A stretch of 64,000 nucleotides of DNA from Octopus vulgaris (GCA_951406725.2 OX597835.1:43524001-43588000), one strand, 5' to 3'. Numbered from the stretch's first letter, positions 39,189-53,762 are shown. The notes: generated by a model from the letters alone, not told the origin. Program-made: numbers and translations.

Positions 39189-40101
39189 CCTTCCTTTCCT
39201 TCCCTGAGCGTCTGCTAATACTTTGCTTGTACCCCGTCCTCGCGTTGTTTTTTTTTTTTCTTGTGTTTTCTTTCTTCGTTTTTCTTTTTGTATTAACTAA
39301 TATAAATATATATATATATATATGTCTCTGTGTGTGTCTGTATGTATGCATGTGTTATACACACACACACATTTGTATGTATGCAAGCACGTATGAATGA
39401 ATGTGTGTGAGCGAATATGTGTGTGTATGTATGTATGTATCCATATACTTCACCTATATGTGTATCAAATGCGGAAAGGCACAAATAAAAGATTTTATAG
39501 GTGGGTGTATAAATGAAGTGACCGGCACGCGACAGGTACGATATATAAAACTAACAGGAGTCACATAAAAGGAACAATAAAACAGAAAACAACGTCGAGC
39601 CTGTTCTGTAGGAAGGTGAGAGGAAAATTTTGTAACTTTATAGATAACAACAACAGCCAGAAAAGTGAGTGTGTATATATACGCGCCTTTGTGTGTGTGT
39701 GGTATGTATATGTCTGCGTGCGCACACATACATACAAACAGACACACACACATTCACACATGATATGTTTTTGATGTACTGAAATTATCTTTGTTCTTAG
39801 AGAAGGTAAAACAAACGCCTGCTGGCAATTTTGACCAATTTCACATGAAAAAAGTAAATGTGGTAAGATTTCTTTCCAACTGCATGGTTCCGGGTTCAGT
39901 TCCACTGCATGGCACCTTGGGTAGGTACCTTTTTACTTATAGGGTCGGCCTGACTAAAGTCTCGTGAGTAGATATTTGGTAGACAGAAACTGAAAGAAGC
40001 CCGTCGGATATATATATATATATATATTGTGATCTCTTGAGCACCACCAGCTCAAATATTTTCTCCTCTGTCTTCCCTCCTTGGGATCTTTCCTTCTCCT
40101 T

Positions 40102-40136
40102 GTTTCCGACGAAGAGCTCCGCTCGAAACGTTAAAC
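40102..40136 (+). ncRNA. Hammerhead motif (CCGA variant) in a family E copy (40030-40255), after the (TA)n of a SINE A 5' half
   Basis: gttt-CCGACGA-agagctccgctc-GAAAcgTT-aaac. Confidence 0.6.
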
Positions 40137-40249
40137 CCTCCTTCCCTTCTTTCCTGAGCGTCAATAATACTTTAATTGTTCCACGTCCTGCGTCGCTGTG
40201 TTTTTTTCCCCTTTTTTCTCTTTTTTTCTGTGTTTTCTTGTTTGGATTA

Positions 40250-40304
<55 letters not shown>

Positions 40305-40306
<2 letters not shown>

Positions 40307-40492
40307 TTTACTCTCTTACTTGTTTTGGAGCACCGCCTATAGTCGACCCCAGGACTTATTCTTTGTAAGCCTAGTACTTATTCTATCGGTCTCTATTGCC
40401 GAACCGCTAAGTTACGGGGACGTAAACACAACAGCATCGGTTGTCAAGCGATGTTGGGGGGAGAAACACAGACACACACACACACAGACACG

Positions 40493-40544
<52 letters not shown>

Positions 40545-40675
40545 CGACGGGCTTCTTTCAGTTTCCGTCTACCAAATCCACTCACAAGGCTTTGATCAGC
40601 CTGAGGCTATAGTAGAAGACACTTGCTCAAGGTGCCACGCAGAGGGACTGAACCTGGAACCATGTGGGTGGCAAG
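40305..40675 (-). mobile_element. SINE family A
   Basis: Reverse complement of family A. Confidence 0.85.
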
Positions 40676-41159
40676 CAAAGAAACAAAGGAATAAAAGGTC
40701 TAGAATCAGGAATTCATTGGAGCTAACGTTTCCATTTAAGAAAAGACAATATTCTTTTCTCTCTCTGGAAATAAGAGGGTAACTGAAGTACATGTTTCTG
40801 TCCTTTTAAGCGTCACCAGCAAAGAAGTCCGTCTGGTTTAAAGTCGCTTATTGACATGCTACAACCTTAAAAGCCATGGACAGGGTGTCTCCTTTTTCTA
40901 TCTTGTATATCGCTACTATAATGGTTCCTTTTCATTGGAACTGGCTGGGCCTTGCCACTACCAAGTAGATCCACCCTGTTTTCTCGCCACCTCCTCCTCT
41001 GACGATTCCTGCCACATCTAAGCCTCTCCTTCCTAGAATACCGGTTCTTTCGACTTTATTCCTAGCTCATATCTTTCCTGCTGGTGTAGATTTACAGAGG
41101 TTCGATCTCACCGGTCTCACAAGGCCTGCAAAGATTACGCATGTTACCGCTTCTGCAAA

Positions 41160-41236
<77 letters not shown>

Positions 41237-41240
<4 letters not shown>

Positions 41241-41436
41241 GGTCTCGGGTTGATTCGGGGTTAACCACAGTAAATAAGGTACTCAATACACAGCAGAGTA
41301 AAATTAATTTATTATATAGAAGGAGCTTCTACAGGACTAGAACTGTTTCATTCAAGAGAAATCATCAGGAAGCTTCCTGATGATTTCTCTTGAATGAAAC
41401 AGTTCTAGTCCTGTAGAAGCTCCTTCTATATAATAA

Positions 41437-41438
<2 letters not shown>
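41237..41438 (-). mobile_element. Palindromic Penelope-like element with hammerhead core, in (TA)n
   Basis: Perfect 66-bp arms 41307-41372 / 41373-41438, no spacer, ~70-bp one-sided tail; CTGATGA 41377-41383, GAAA 41396-41399. Confidence 0.7.
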
Positions 41439-41484
<46 letters not shown>

Positions 41485-41557
41485 AATGTGACCGCGTGTG
41501 TACCATTGGCGATTTTTTTCCTCCGTCTTCCCTTCTTTGGATCTTTCCTTTTCCTAT

Positions 41558-41592
41558 GTTTCTGACGAAGAGCTCCGCTCGAAACGTTAAAT
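41558..41592 (+). ncRNA. Minimal type I hammerhead ribozyme in a family E copy (41480-41700)
   Basis: gttt-CTGACGA-a-gagc tcc gctc-GAAA-cg-TT-aaat. Confidence 0.68.
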
Positions 41593-41694
41593 CCCCCTTC
41601 TTTCCTTCCTTCCTGAGCGTCCAATGATACTATTCTTGTTCCACATCATCGCGTTGTGTTTTCTCTTTGTGTTTTCATGTTTGGATTAACTTTG

Positions 41695-41748
<54 letters not shown>

Positions 41749-42346
41749 GAGCCATACATTAATGCATACATATACGCTTACAAAAAGTGACTGAAACAAA
41801 AACTAAGGGAAATTGTGTTTGTGAAAGGTGAACAAAGAAACTAAGAAAAAAAATGAAAAGTATGGAGAGGAGAGTGAGAGTGAGAGACGAAATAAACTAG
41901 TAAGAGACACATAAAGGGGAGATAGAGAGATACAGAAGAAATATAGATATATATAGAGAGTAACAAAGACATAACAAGTGAGGGAGAGGGGGAGAGATTT
42001 AGTAAGAGAGAGAGAGGGGGAGATATAATGAGAAAGAGGTAAAGAATGATGAGAGTGGGAATAGTGGTGGGAGGAAAGTGTGATGTCAGACGACAAAAAA
42101 AAAATGTAGCAGACGTCAATATAAAAGTTAGCGATTTTGACTGATTTGGCTACAAAATTTGTGCATTTCAATGACTGAGAACAGGTCTAAAGAAATGGTA
42201 GAACAGTTCTTTAAAAGCTGTGGCACAACGTAGAGGACATATGAAGGAAAGTTTCATAGAAAATATTTTACTGATAAATTTTTTTACGGTAATAGTTTGG
42301 TATTATGGAAAAGACACATAAATAGACATACTGACGTGTATGTCTG

Positions 42347-42971
<625 letters not shown>

Positions 42972-44445
42972 TTGCTCGGAGTTTGGTTCGGTCCGGACTT
43001 CCAAATGAAGAAGAACTAGGGCGAAATAACGACTAGGGTGGCCACTCTCACCCAGCAATGGGCTGAGAGAAAGCTATCCCTAAAAGGTCGGGCGGAGGTG
43101 GCGAACGCGTACATCGCATCCGTCATCGAGTATCGTCTGACCGTCGTGCCTTGTCCTGACCCTACCATCACCAAACTGGAATGTATACTCTTCCGCTTCC
43201 TGTGGAAGGGAAACGTTCCGATGGTTAGGCGATCCATTTGCTGCCAACACCCGCTAAATGGAGGGCTGGGCATGCCGTGGTTGATGATGCGCAGACATGC
43301 GCTGAGACTGCGACTTCTCCGGTGCTTCATAGACGACGGTGAACAGGTGTGGTTGCCTTTTGTGCGACGCGCTTTCCCGCAGCTCGTCTCCTTGGCCGAA
43401 CTACAATCGTGGATCAAACAGAGACCAAGGCTAGGCGAATGTCACCGCGAGTGTCGCGTTGCTCTCAAGCAACTCTGCCGCCCGGGACCAAACTTGTGCG
43501 ACTTCATCACAACAAAGACTTTCTATAGAGGATTAGTGGAGGGGAGGTGCGACGACGTTCTCGGGCAGAATCTGGGCATCGACGAGGAACACCTGACCCG
43601 CTTGTTCAGGACAACTTTCGGGCGGGACCTATGGACAATTACCAAAGATCCCTGGCCTGGCAGTGCTATCGAGAAGCATTACCTGTTTGGGATAAGCTCT
43701 ACAGGCACGGTTCGAGACACACTAGACCGACTTGCTCGAGATGCGGTCAGAGCGACGAAACCGTTCTGCACGCACTCGTGCAATGTCTAACCATTTCGGC
43801 TGCTGTCAGGTGTGGGACGAGTCCGGCTGTCGGCCGAGTCTATCGTGAAAATTGCACCGCTCCCTTCCCTCAACCGGGAAGGCAAGGCAGTTTTCATCGT
43901 ACTGGTGGCTATGGTGAAAGAATGTGTATGGTGGACTCGAGCGAAAGGATTAGAGACAAACACTTACCCCTCTGGCCAATCGCTCATCAACTTTTTCAAG
44001 TACCACTTGAAAAGGAAGGTGAGAATGGAAAGGCAGGTTTTGTCTCGTGAAAGTTTCAAAAAAAGGTGGGTGAATGTAGCAAAGATGGTGCGTGCGAGTG
44101 ACGAAACCACTTTGAGCATGATCCTGTAAATCGTAAAAGAGAAAGAGAGAACACTTTGCTCTCATGTGTTTATTTCCTCCCTGCCTGAGGTTACCGTGGT
44201 CTTTTCTGTAGGCTTTTCTTTCCACGGATAAACCTAATCTTGTTTGTTCCTTAAAAAAAAAAAATTTCTTTCTGTGATACACGACCCCTTTTGATCGCTT
44301 TTTTTCCCCCGATCCCTTTTGATCGAAATTTTACATTTGTTTCCTTTTTTTCTTTTTCCTTTTCCATCTTCGAAAAGAACCTCTTCAACAACTCTCTGTC
44401 CCATGTGTCTTCTCTGGTTCTGCTTATTCCATCTCGTATCTTTGT
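42972..44445 (+). mobile_element. Tx1/L1-clade LINE 3' fragment (ORF2 C-terminus with Cys/His motif, T-rich 3' UTR)
   Basis: LLGVWFG..W..RKLSLKGR..FRFLWKG..GGLGMP; CSRCGQSDETVLHALVQC; stop codon and frameshifts; ORF ends at 44129. Confidence 0.88.
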
Positions 44446-44600
44446 TAGGTTAGCAGAGAAAGACAAGATGGAATAAACAGGACAAGAGAAGAAAGGCACG
44501 TGGGATGGAGCGTTGCTAAAGAGGTCACAGAGTGTGTAATGAAAGAACTCTGATAAAAAAAACAAAAAAAACTATAAAATAATACTAAAGTGAAGACTAA

Positions 44601-44649
<49 letters not shown>

Positions 44650-44842
44650 ATGATATATATCTACAACGGGCTTCTTTCAGTTTCCGTCTACCATATCCAC
44701 TCAAAAGGCTTTAGTCGGTCCGAGACTATAATAGACGACATTTTCCCAAGGTGTCACGCAGCGGGATTGAACCCGGGACCATGAGGTTGGGAAGCAAGCT
44801 TATCACACAACCACGGTTGCGTACTCGCATACACACACCTGT

Positions 44843-44884
<42 letters not shown>

Positions 44885-45586
44885 GAGAGACAGAGATAGG
44901 TTAACAGATAACGAGTGAAATGTCAATAGACAAAAACAGAAGGAAAAAAAAGTCGCCTAAAATCATGAAAATTGATTTCGTGAAATTCTTAAATCGACTC
45001 CAAATCTTTCTGTGTTCCATTGTTAAGCTGGTGGTGGTTAATCTGTTTTGGTTATCCCACTTACACTCGGTAAAAAAGGGGAGGGAGTATTCATTGACCC
45101 CGTCCCGCTTATTGACATCCTTTATTGAAGGGAGGGGCAAGAGAAAAACTACCATTACCGCCGTCATCACTAACAACACCACCGTCATCACCCTCATCAA
45201 CTACAGCAGCAACAGTACTACCACCACCACCACCACCATCACAAGTATCACCATCATCGCTACCACCACCACCACCATCATCATCATCACCAACAAACAT
45301 CATCATTACTGCCACCACCACCACCACCTCCACCATCATCATCACCGCCATGATTTTTCTCATCCTTAATTTAGAAACTATATTTAGAACTAAATCCGTT
45401 TTATGTGTCCCTTCCTCTTTTTAATGACTCTAACGGTGTAGTTTGAGGAAGATTTGTCCCATTGCGGCCTCGAGTCTAAATTGTCGCTTTTGCACCTCAT
45501 CAATTTCTTCTTTACATCCAGTTTTTTACAAGTTTTGCATAGGTTACACGAGTTTCAGCATAATGAGATACTTTTTTTTTTTTTTT

Positions 45587-46013
45587 TTACTTTTTACTTG
45601 TTTCAGTCATGTGACTGTGGCCATGCTGGAGCACCGCCTTTTTAGTCGAGCAAATCGACCCCAGGACTTGTTCTTTGTAAGCCTAGTTCTTATTCTATCA
45701 GTGTCTTTTGCCGAACCGCTAAGTTACGGGGACGTAAACACACCAGCATCGGTTGTCAAGCGATGTTGGGGGGAAAAACGCAGACACACAAACATATACA
45801 CACACATACATATATATACACACACATATATATATATATATACATATATACGACGGGCTTCTTTCAGTTTCCGTCTACCAAATCCACTCACAAGGCTTTG
45901 GTCGGCCCGAAGCTATAGTAGAAGACACTTACCCAAGGTGCCTCGCAGTGGGAATGAACCCAGAACCATGTGGTTGGTAAACAAGCTACTTATCACACAG
46001 CCACTCCTGCGCC
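45587..46013 (-). mobile_element. SINE family A, full length
   Basis: Reverse complement of family A. Confidence 0.92.
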
Positions 46014-46093
46014 TATTAGCTTTCATTACATCTCGCCATATTTTCCTAGGTCTTCTTTCCGCAGGTTCCTTACATTTGGCTTACTTGGTAATG

Positions 46094-46509
46094 GGATCTT
46101 TTCGGTTTGAACGGCAGTTTTTTAAAATAATTTCCACATAACTAAACACTTTTAAACTTCGTTTACTGGTAGAATGTGTTTATAAAACATATTTTTCTCT
46201 TGGCTTTATTGAGGAAATTCTATAGTTTGTAAGATATTTGTTGTTTTTTTTTCTTCAATTTCTGTAATTTCAACCAATCAATGACTTCTATTGAGGTAAA
46301 AAAAACATTCTGTGCCGTATGAATATGTCCCTCGTTTAAGAAACAGATTGGGTTTATTTACATTTCTGAAGAAAAAAGATACCCTTCCCCCCACCCCTAG
46401 CCATAACCCTAAAACAGATTGAAACAGATCGATACTAGGGTCATAATTATGGGTGACAATTTCATATGAAACCGCTAGAAAAAAACTGCCGTTCAAACCG
46501 AAAAGATCC
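46094..46509. mobile_element. MITE family C (Merlin-like)
   Basis: Perfect 8-bp TSD tggtaatg (46086-46093, 46510-46517). Confidence 0.93.
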
Positions 46510-46944
46510 TGGTAATGTTCCAACCAATTGTTATCATCTGTTCATACCAGCTCGGTCTTTTCTTTTGCGCGCTACATCTGAATCCTCTTATATTCTTTAT
46601 GGGAAAAGAATGTTTTGTTGATTAGGCTTGTCATAACAAATTAATCCTTTGGTATGTGATCTACAAGGGCGATTACTTTAGGTTACCTTTAAAATCATTT
46701 TGTACATTCTTAACATTGTAAATATATTCTTCAAAGTTCTTACTATAAAAATAATAAGAAAACAATATAGTAATTAAAATAAGCGCGTACATCACCCTCC
46801 AAAGTGAATTTGCTCTCGTCAATCACACGGAAAGTAGCTCTAACACAAAGTAAACTAAAACGTAACCAATTACATTTGGCGTGTGATCTCCCTTTAAATT
46901 GTAGATCACACGCCAAAGTGGCACGTTTCGTTTTCTTAAGAAAT

Positions 46945-47420
46945 TTTCAATTCAATTCAGTTCAATTTTTATTGGCTCAAAAAGCAAAAGCAAGGCCATG
47001 TAGGGGGACAGGGAGTTATGTACAGAGAGGGTGGTCATACAAAGAGTTCAGGCCATTTCTGGTCAAGAGAGACTTTGAACCGAGCGGTCGTCGGCATCTT
47101 CACTATCTCGTCCGGCAGCTTATTCCACGGATCCGCAACCCGGACGGAGAAAACCCCTCTCCTTCGATTGAGATGAAATCGTCGTAGATAGAGCTTTTCG
47201 GAGTGACCCCGCGGCCCACGCTCTGGAGCAGGAGTGAAGAACAGCTCTTTCGAGAGGTTACACTTTCCGCTTATGATGTTGTGAGCAAGAATGAGATCAC
47301 CACGGCGTCGTCGTTTTTCTAGAGAATAAAGGTCGAGCGTCCTCAGCCTTTCTTCATAAGACAAATGCTTGAGACCAAGAACCATGTGGGTAGCCAGTTT
47401 CTGGACTCTTTCAAGATGAT
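46945..47420 (-). mobile_element. CR1 3' fragment, same family as 22765-23473
   Basis: Near-identical protein (LERVQKLAT...KWPELF) and 3' UTR; tail is (AATTG)n-like. Confidence 0.92.
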
Positions 47421-47689
47421 GTGAATTTAGTGCTGGTTTCTTGTAAAAATGCCACTTCGCCTCGTCGCTGATCAGATTGTTAAAATCTGCAGCCAACATA
47501 TTATGGGTTTTAGAAACTGAAAGGTAAACTACAAAGTAACCCAAAGTAATCTCCCTTGTAGATCATACGCCAAAGTAGTACCAAATTAATTTTTCAACGA
47601 GTTGAAAATAGATTTTTTCCATACCATAGCCGCCACTCGAATAAAACGGAGACTACTTCATTTAAGCCTGTTAGAGAAGATTTCGCCTA

Positions 47690-47940
47690 GTGTAGAAATA
47701 AGAAGACCGTCAAGGTATCGGTCGCATTCTGACATTCATGGTCGAGCCTGTGGCAGTGGAGACCTCTGGCATTTTTGGCCCCCGGACCATATCCCTGCTT
47801 GCTGCTACTGAAGTGAAGACGGTCATCCACAAGTCAAAAGCCCCACGAGTCAGAATAGCTGTTTCAGCGCCTCTCCTTCGCCATCCTCCGGGACAACGCC
47901 CTTTCCATTCTGTCTGCTGGGATTGTGAGGTGGTCTGAAT
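47690..47940 (+). pseudogene. CRE-like non-LTR element, restriction-like endonuclease C-terminus, decayed
   Basis: PVAVETSGIFGP, then a frameshifted LFQRLSFAILRDNALSIL (cf. CRE-type FQRLSVAIQRGNA). Confidence 0.65.
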
Positions 47941-48194
47941 TACAGGAAATTGTACGTTCAACCCTTTAAGGTAAATTTGCTCCATATATATGTGTGTGAC
48001 AAACTAATAAGGATATAATCCTGTTTTAATAAACTGGCCACAGATCTCGTACCTGAACATGAGAAAAAGCAACTTACCTCTACACCAGGTAAAAATCCTC
48101 AATAAAACCACTTTTGCATTTTATTCATGGTGACCACCGATCTCCTCTCTTTCTTTTTCACTAGCATGCGCGCCCACACGCACGCACAATCGTT

Positions 48195-48920
48195 TATCTT
48201 TTAGACTGCGGCCATGTTGGGGCACCGCTTTGAAGAATTTTAGTCGACCGAATCGATACCCTATTTTACTTGTTTCAATCATGTGACTGTGGCCATGCTG
48301 GAGCACCGCCTTTAGTCGAGCAAATCGACCCCAGAACTTATTCTTTGTAAGCCTAATACTTATTCTATCGGTCTCTTTTGCCGAACCGCTAAGTTACGGG
48401 GACGTAAACACACCAGCATCGGTTGTCAAGCGATGTTGGGGAGACAAACACACACAAACACATACACACACATATATATACATATATACGACGGGCTTCT
48501 TTCAGTTTCCGTCTACCAATTCTACTCACAAGGCTTTGGTCAGCCTGAGGCTATTGTAGAAGACACTTGCCCAAGGTGCCACGCAGTGGGACTGAACCCG
48601 GAACCATGTGGTTGGTAAGCGAGCTACTTACCACACAGCCACTCCTATACCAGTAATTCTTTTTTTTAAAGCCTGGTACTTATTCTATCGGTCACTTTTA
48701 CCGAACCGCTAAGTTACAGGGACGTAAACACCAATACTGGTTGTCAATGTGTGGAACACACACACATATACATACACGGCGGACTCCTTTCAGTTTCCGT
48801 CTACCACAAGGCTTTGGTCGACTCGAAGCTATACTAGAAGAAATTTTCCCAAGGTGCTACTCAGTGGGACTGAACTCGGAAGCATATGATTGAGAAGCAA
48901 ACTTCTTACCACACAGTCGT
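48195..48920 (-). mobile_element. Nested or tandem SINE family A copies (young copy 48263-48648)
   Basis: Reverse-complement family A motifs. Confidence 0.85.
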
Positions 48921-49021
48921 GAAATTATTGAGCATGCGTCGGTTTGTGTGTGTGTGTGTGTGTGACTGAAAAAAACCCCCTCTCCTGTCATCGTCTCAAA
49001 CTAAGTCAGTCAAACTCTAGA

Positions 49022-49200
49022 TATCTGCCGCTACGCTCTGAGTTTAAATTCCGCCGAGGTCGACTTTGCTTTTCATCCTTTCGGGGTCGATTAAATAAGT
49101 ACCAGTTACGCACTGGGGTCGATGTAATCGACTTAATCCGTTTCTATGTCCTTGTTTGTCCCCTCTATGTATTTAGCCCCTTGTGGGTAGTAAAGAAATA
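49022..49200 (+). mobile_element. SINE family B, 5'-truncated
   Basis: Family B core and tail. Confidence 0.85.
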
Positions 49201-50514
49201 GGTATTTATCAGTAATAAGACTATTTTGCTGAAGCGGATCAAACGAAATATTTAAAATTGGTCGATTGAAAAAAAAAAAACTCATTCCAGATTAAAACGT
49301 AATTGAAAATATGTTTGTTCTGTTTTTATAGAATTTGACATCATCCTTTTGCGATTTTAGCTTCGTTTGTAATGGTTATATATATATATATATCTATATA
49401 TAATAACAGATGCACTGTAGTTACGTATCTTTTGTAACACCAAACACTTTCACCATCAGACATGTCAGGATTACGTAAACACACGCAACAATTCATTTTG
49501 CCAAGGGCGCAATATGACAATTAGCAAGTAAACATGTACTTGGAGAAAGCTATAAAATTTAGCAGAGCTGAAAAGGCAACAATTAATATTCTATATATGA
49601 AAAGTCAAGAATAAATTTTTTATACTAGGAAAAACCCCCAAAAAAACTGTTAGGCACAAAATGTGGGCTTAAGCCCTCATTTTGTAAGCCTTTCAACGTC
49701 TCTAATGGCGACCACTAAAGTAATGAACTAACTTGTTAGTTTAACCACCTACTCTGAAGATATGAAATAAAAAGTAAGACAGCGGGGAAGGAGAGGGAAG
49801 ATTTTCGTTTATTTGCAGACAGTTCGACAGACAGCAGACACATGGTTGCTTAACCAACTGAAACTAGCCAGAAATCTCACTCATCATATCTTTAAATATA
49901 TACTACATTGAACAATGTAGTTTTTTATATACAAACAAAGGGATTCTGCAGGTTTTTGACTACGACTGTTCTGGAATTACATGTCAATACCAAAGTTTAC
50001 TTCGTGCGAACGAAGAAGGCCTCTGTGCGTGTGTGCAACTTGTTAGATATTGCGACCAATTTCTTTTAAACCACATCTGTCATTCTGAGTCGGGGAAGAT
50101 GAAGAACAACTTCTGAAGTAGTTGTGAAGTTTAATCCTCGATAGGGTGTATGTCTGTGTCTAATTGTAATAGAAAAGCAGATATTTCTCAGGAGAAATAA
50201 TTTTGTCTTTATATTATTTTAAATATCTCGCTCTCAACTATTGTTTTAGCCAGTATTATATGTGCATTTTTAATCTACCAACATCTATCGTATTGTGATA
50301 AATGGGAGTTTAACGATGTATTAATATCTGAGATCTTAAAAACCGTGGATACACTTCGATGCTTTTACATCAACGTAGCGTGCTCACACACACACACTAA
50401 TTATATTTCATGTTCCTTCAATAGAATATAATACCGTAACCTCCATTCTTCGACTTAATTAATGGCGTAGTATAAAGAATTATCTTCGGAATTTCATTTT
50501 GTATGAGCGGTTTC

Positions 50515-51126
50515 GGATCTTTACCTTTTGACCGACAGATTAAAAAAAATAATTTTTTGTAATTAAACACTTTCAAACTTCGGACACTGGTAGAATGTGT
50601 CATATAAAACGTCTTTTAACTCTTAGCATTTTGAGAAAAATATATATTTACGAAGTTATTTCACGTTAAAGTAGTCCTATTTCGGTAATTCCAACCAATC
50701 AATGACGTGTATTCAGCTGAATAAAATTACTGCCGTTGTTTGTCAACAAGAACTTCCAGCGGTGTATTTTTCGTTTGCCATTGTTATTTACGACATCGTT
50801 GGTGCGTTTGTACTGGTTTTAAGGTTTTAGGGTTAAGGTTTAGGGTTGTCATAAATAACAGTGACAAACGAAATATACACAGCCGGAAGTTCTTGTTGAC
50901 AAACAATGGCAGTAATTTTATTCAGCTGAATACACGTCATTGATTGGTTGAAATTACCGAAATAGGACAACTTTAACGTGAAATAACTTTGTAAATATAA
51001 GCTTTTCTCAAAAACGTTTAGAGTAAAACATGTTTTATATGACACATTCTACCAGTGTCCGAAATTTGAAAGTGTTTAGTTACAAAAAAATATTTTTTTA
51101 ATCTGTAGGTCAAAAGGTAAAGACCC
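50515..51126. mobile_element. Foldback Merlin-like MITE related to family C
   Basis: ~270-bp inverted arms; perfect 8-bp TSD gcggtttc (50507-50514, 51127-51134); TTAGGG-like centre. Confidence 0.93.
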
Positions 51127-52209
51127 GCGGTTTCCTTTAAGGAAAATTGTCAACATCTTCACATTCTGTTAGTCGATGGTGCTATTAAGTTAGATATGGC
51201 CTGGGCCAATCTTTGGCGAAACCTATCTAAGTACTGAATGAGGACACAGCTCAGATTTATAAATCCCCTTTTATCGCTCACACACGTCATTTGAGCAGCA
51301 GAAAACCGCTCAGTGGGCGGTGTTCCTACTAGTGAAAAAATGTTTAAATGCTACGCATATGTATACCTTGTGTCTCTGCAATAATGTGTAGCATCTACCT
51401 TCTTAATTATTAGATATTATTCACTCCGCTAGCTTGCATTGGGATTCTTTTCGAAGTTTGAGATTTGCCGTGTTCGTGACGCATTAACAAAGATCCCGCC
51501 TATATATATTAAGGGTGTATGTAGATGGGTCTGTGTGTATGTGTGTGTACATGTGTGTGTATTATGCACGATGTGTACGAGAAAAAGAGATTAAATATTG
51601 TCAGACTAAGGAATTAAGTTATAAAATAAAATGAAAGTTTAAAGAGAGAAAAAAAAAGGAAGCGATAGAATTAAACAAACAAGGGAAAGATATAATCTAA
51701 CTACTCACACACATACAAGAATGTATACACAAATATATATACATACATAGATTGAATACATGTGTGCTCATACACTCACTCCAACACAAAGAATGCGTGT
51801 GTGTGTGTGTGTAAATGTGTGTAAAGAAGTGTGCACACGCGCGTGACACTATAAAAAAATGATGTCTGACAGACGTTGAGTTAACCAGCCCTGTTCTGTG
51901 ATCTAAACCAGCACGCACTCATATATACACACATAGGCACGCGCCAGATATATACACCATTATGTATGTATATTGTGTGTGTGTGTATATATGTGCTTGT
52001 GTATGTATATATATATATATACACACACATACGTACACATGCTTAGACAGATGTATACGCATACTGACATTTACATATACACACTGATATAGCGATACAC
52101 GCATTGACATACACACACATTTTAGAGAGAGATAAGCAATCATGCACACATAGACACACGCTCATACACACAATTACCTACGTTAGTAGACGCATACACT
52201 GATACTTAC

Positions 52210-52950
52210 ACTGTCACACACACACGTAATACTGTCTCACACACACACTCACATACACACACGTAATACTGTCACACACACACACACGTAATACTGTCTC
52301 ACACACACACACGTAATACTGTACACACACAAACACGTAATACTGTCTCACACACACACTCACATACACACACGTAATACTGTCTCACACACACGTAATA
52401 CTGTCTCACACACACACTCACATACACACACGTAATACTGTCTCACACACACTCACATACACACACGTAATACTGTCTCACACACATAATACTGTCTCAC
52501 ACACACACACTCACACGTAATACTGTCTCACACACACACGTAATACTGTCTCACACACACACACTCACACGTAATACTGTCACACACACGTAATACTGTC
52601 TCACACATACACACACTCACATACACACACGTAATACTGTCTCACACACACACACACACACGTAATACTGTCTCACACACACACACTCACACGTAATACT
52701 GTCACACACACGTAATACTGTCTCACACACACACTCACATACACACACGTAATACTGTCTCACACACACATACACACACGTAATACTGTCTCACACACAC
52801 ACACGTAATACTGTCTCACACACACACTCACATACACACACGTAATACTGTCTCACACACACATACACACACGTAATACTGTCTCACACACACACACACG
52901 TAATACTGTCTCACACACACACTCACATACACACACGTAATACTGTCTCC
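52210..52950. repeat. Minisatellite cgtaatactgtct(ca)n
   Basis: More than 20 units with a variable CA spacer. Confidence 0.95.
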
Positions 52951-53263
52951 CACACACATACGCACACTCAGCGCTGCTTAACACAGTGGCTCCCTCCAGC
53001 GTTAAGGACCAAGTTATATAACCGAGAGATGATGGAGTAACGTTGGAGGATGCTGCGAAGGGAGGAGAAGTGGGAGGTTGGTTAATAAGGCTGGACGCCC
53101 CCACCTTTTTCTTTTCCTCTCCTCCTATTGTTTCTGACAGTAGGACTCCCTCCCACCACCTCTACATGTCTGTGCGCTCAGCTGGAGATGTTACACACAT
53201 GCACACATACACACATACGCACACACTATACATATATAGACATACTATACATATATATACAGG

Positions 53264-53300
<37 letters not shown>

Positions 53301-53399
53301 ACAGACTATATACATATACATACACAGACATATTCACACATCAACACAGCCACAGACTCACATAAACACACGCACATATAAACACATATAGACATACAT

Positions 53400-53474
53400 A
53401 AATACACACACACACACACACAACACAAACACTCACACACACACACAACACAAACACACACACACACAACACAA

Positions 53475-53506
<32 letters not shown>

Positions 53507-53762
53507 ACACTCACACACACACACACAACACAAACACTCACACACATACACACACACACAACACAAACACACACACACACACAACACAAACACTCACACA
53601 CACACACAACACAAACACACTCACACACACACACACAACACAAACACACTCACACACACACAAACACACACACTCACACACACACAACACAAACACACTC
53701 ACACACACACAACACAAACACTCACACACACACACACACACACACAACACAAACACACTCAT

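Noticed and set aside
45443-46141. 232-aa ORF and the many recurring peptides (DTCPRCHAVGLNPEPCGW, SEFKFRRGRLCLSSF)
   Set aside because: Translations of SINE A and B consensus sequence, not genes
52210-52950. CRISPR-like repeat/spacer pattern (also 56620-56970)
   Set aside because: Spacers are only CA or TC runs, no cas genes, eukaryotic context
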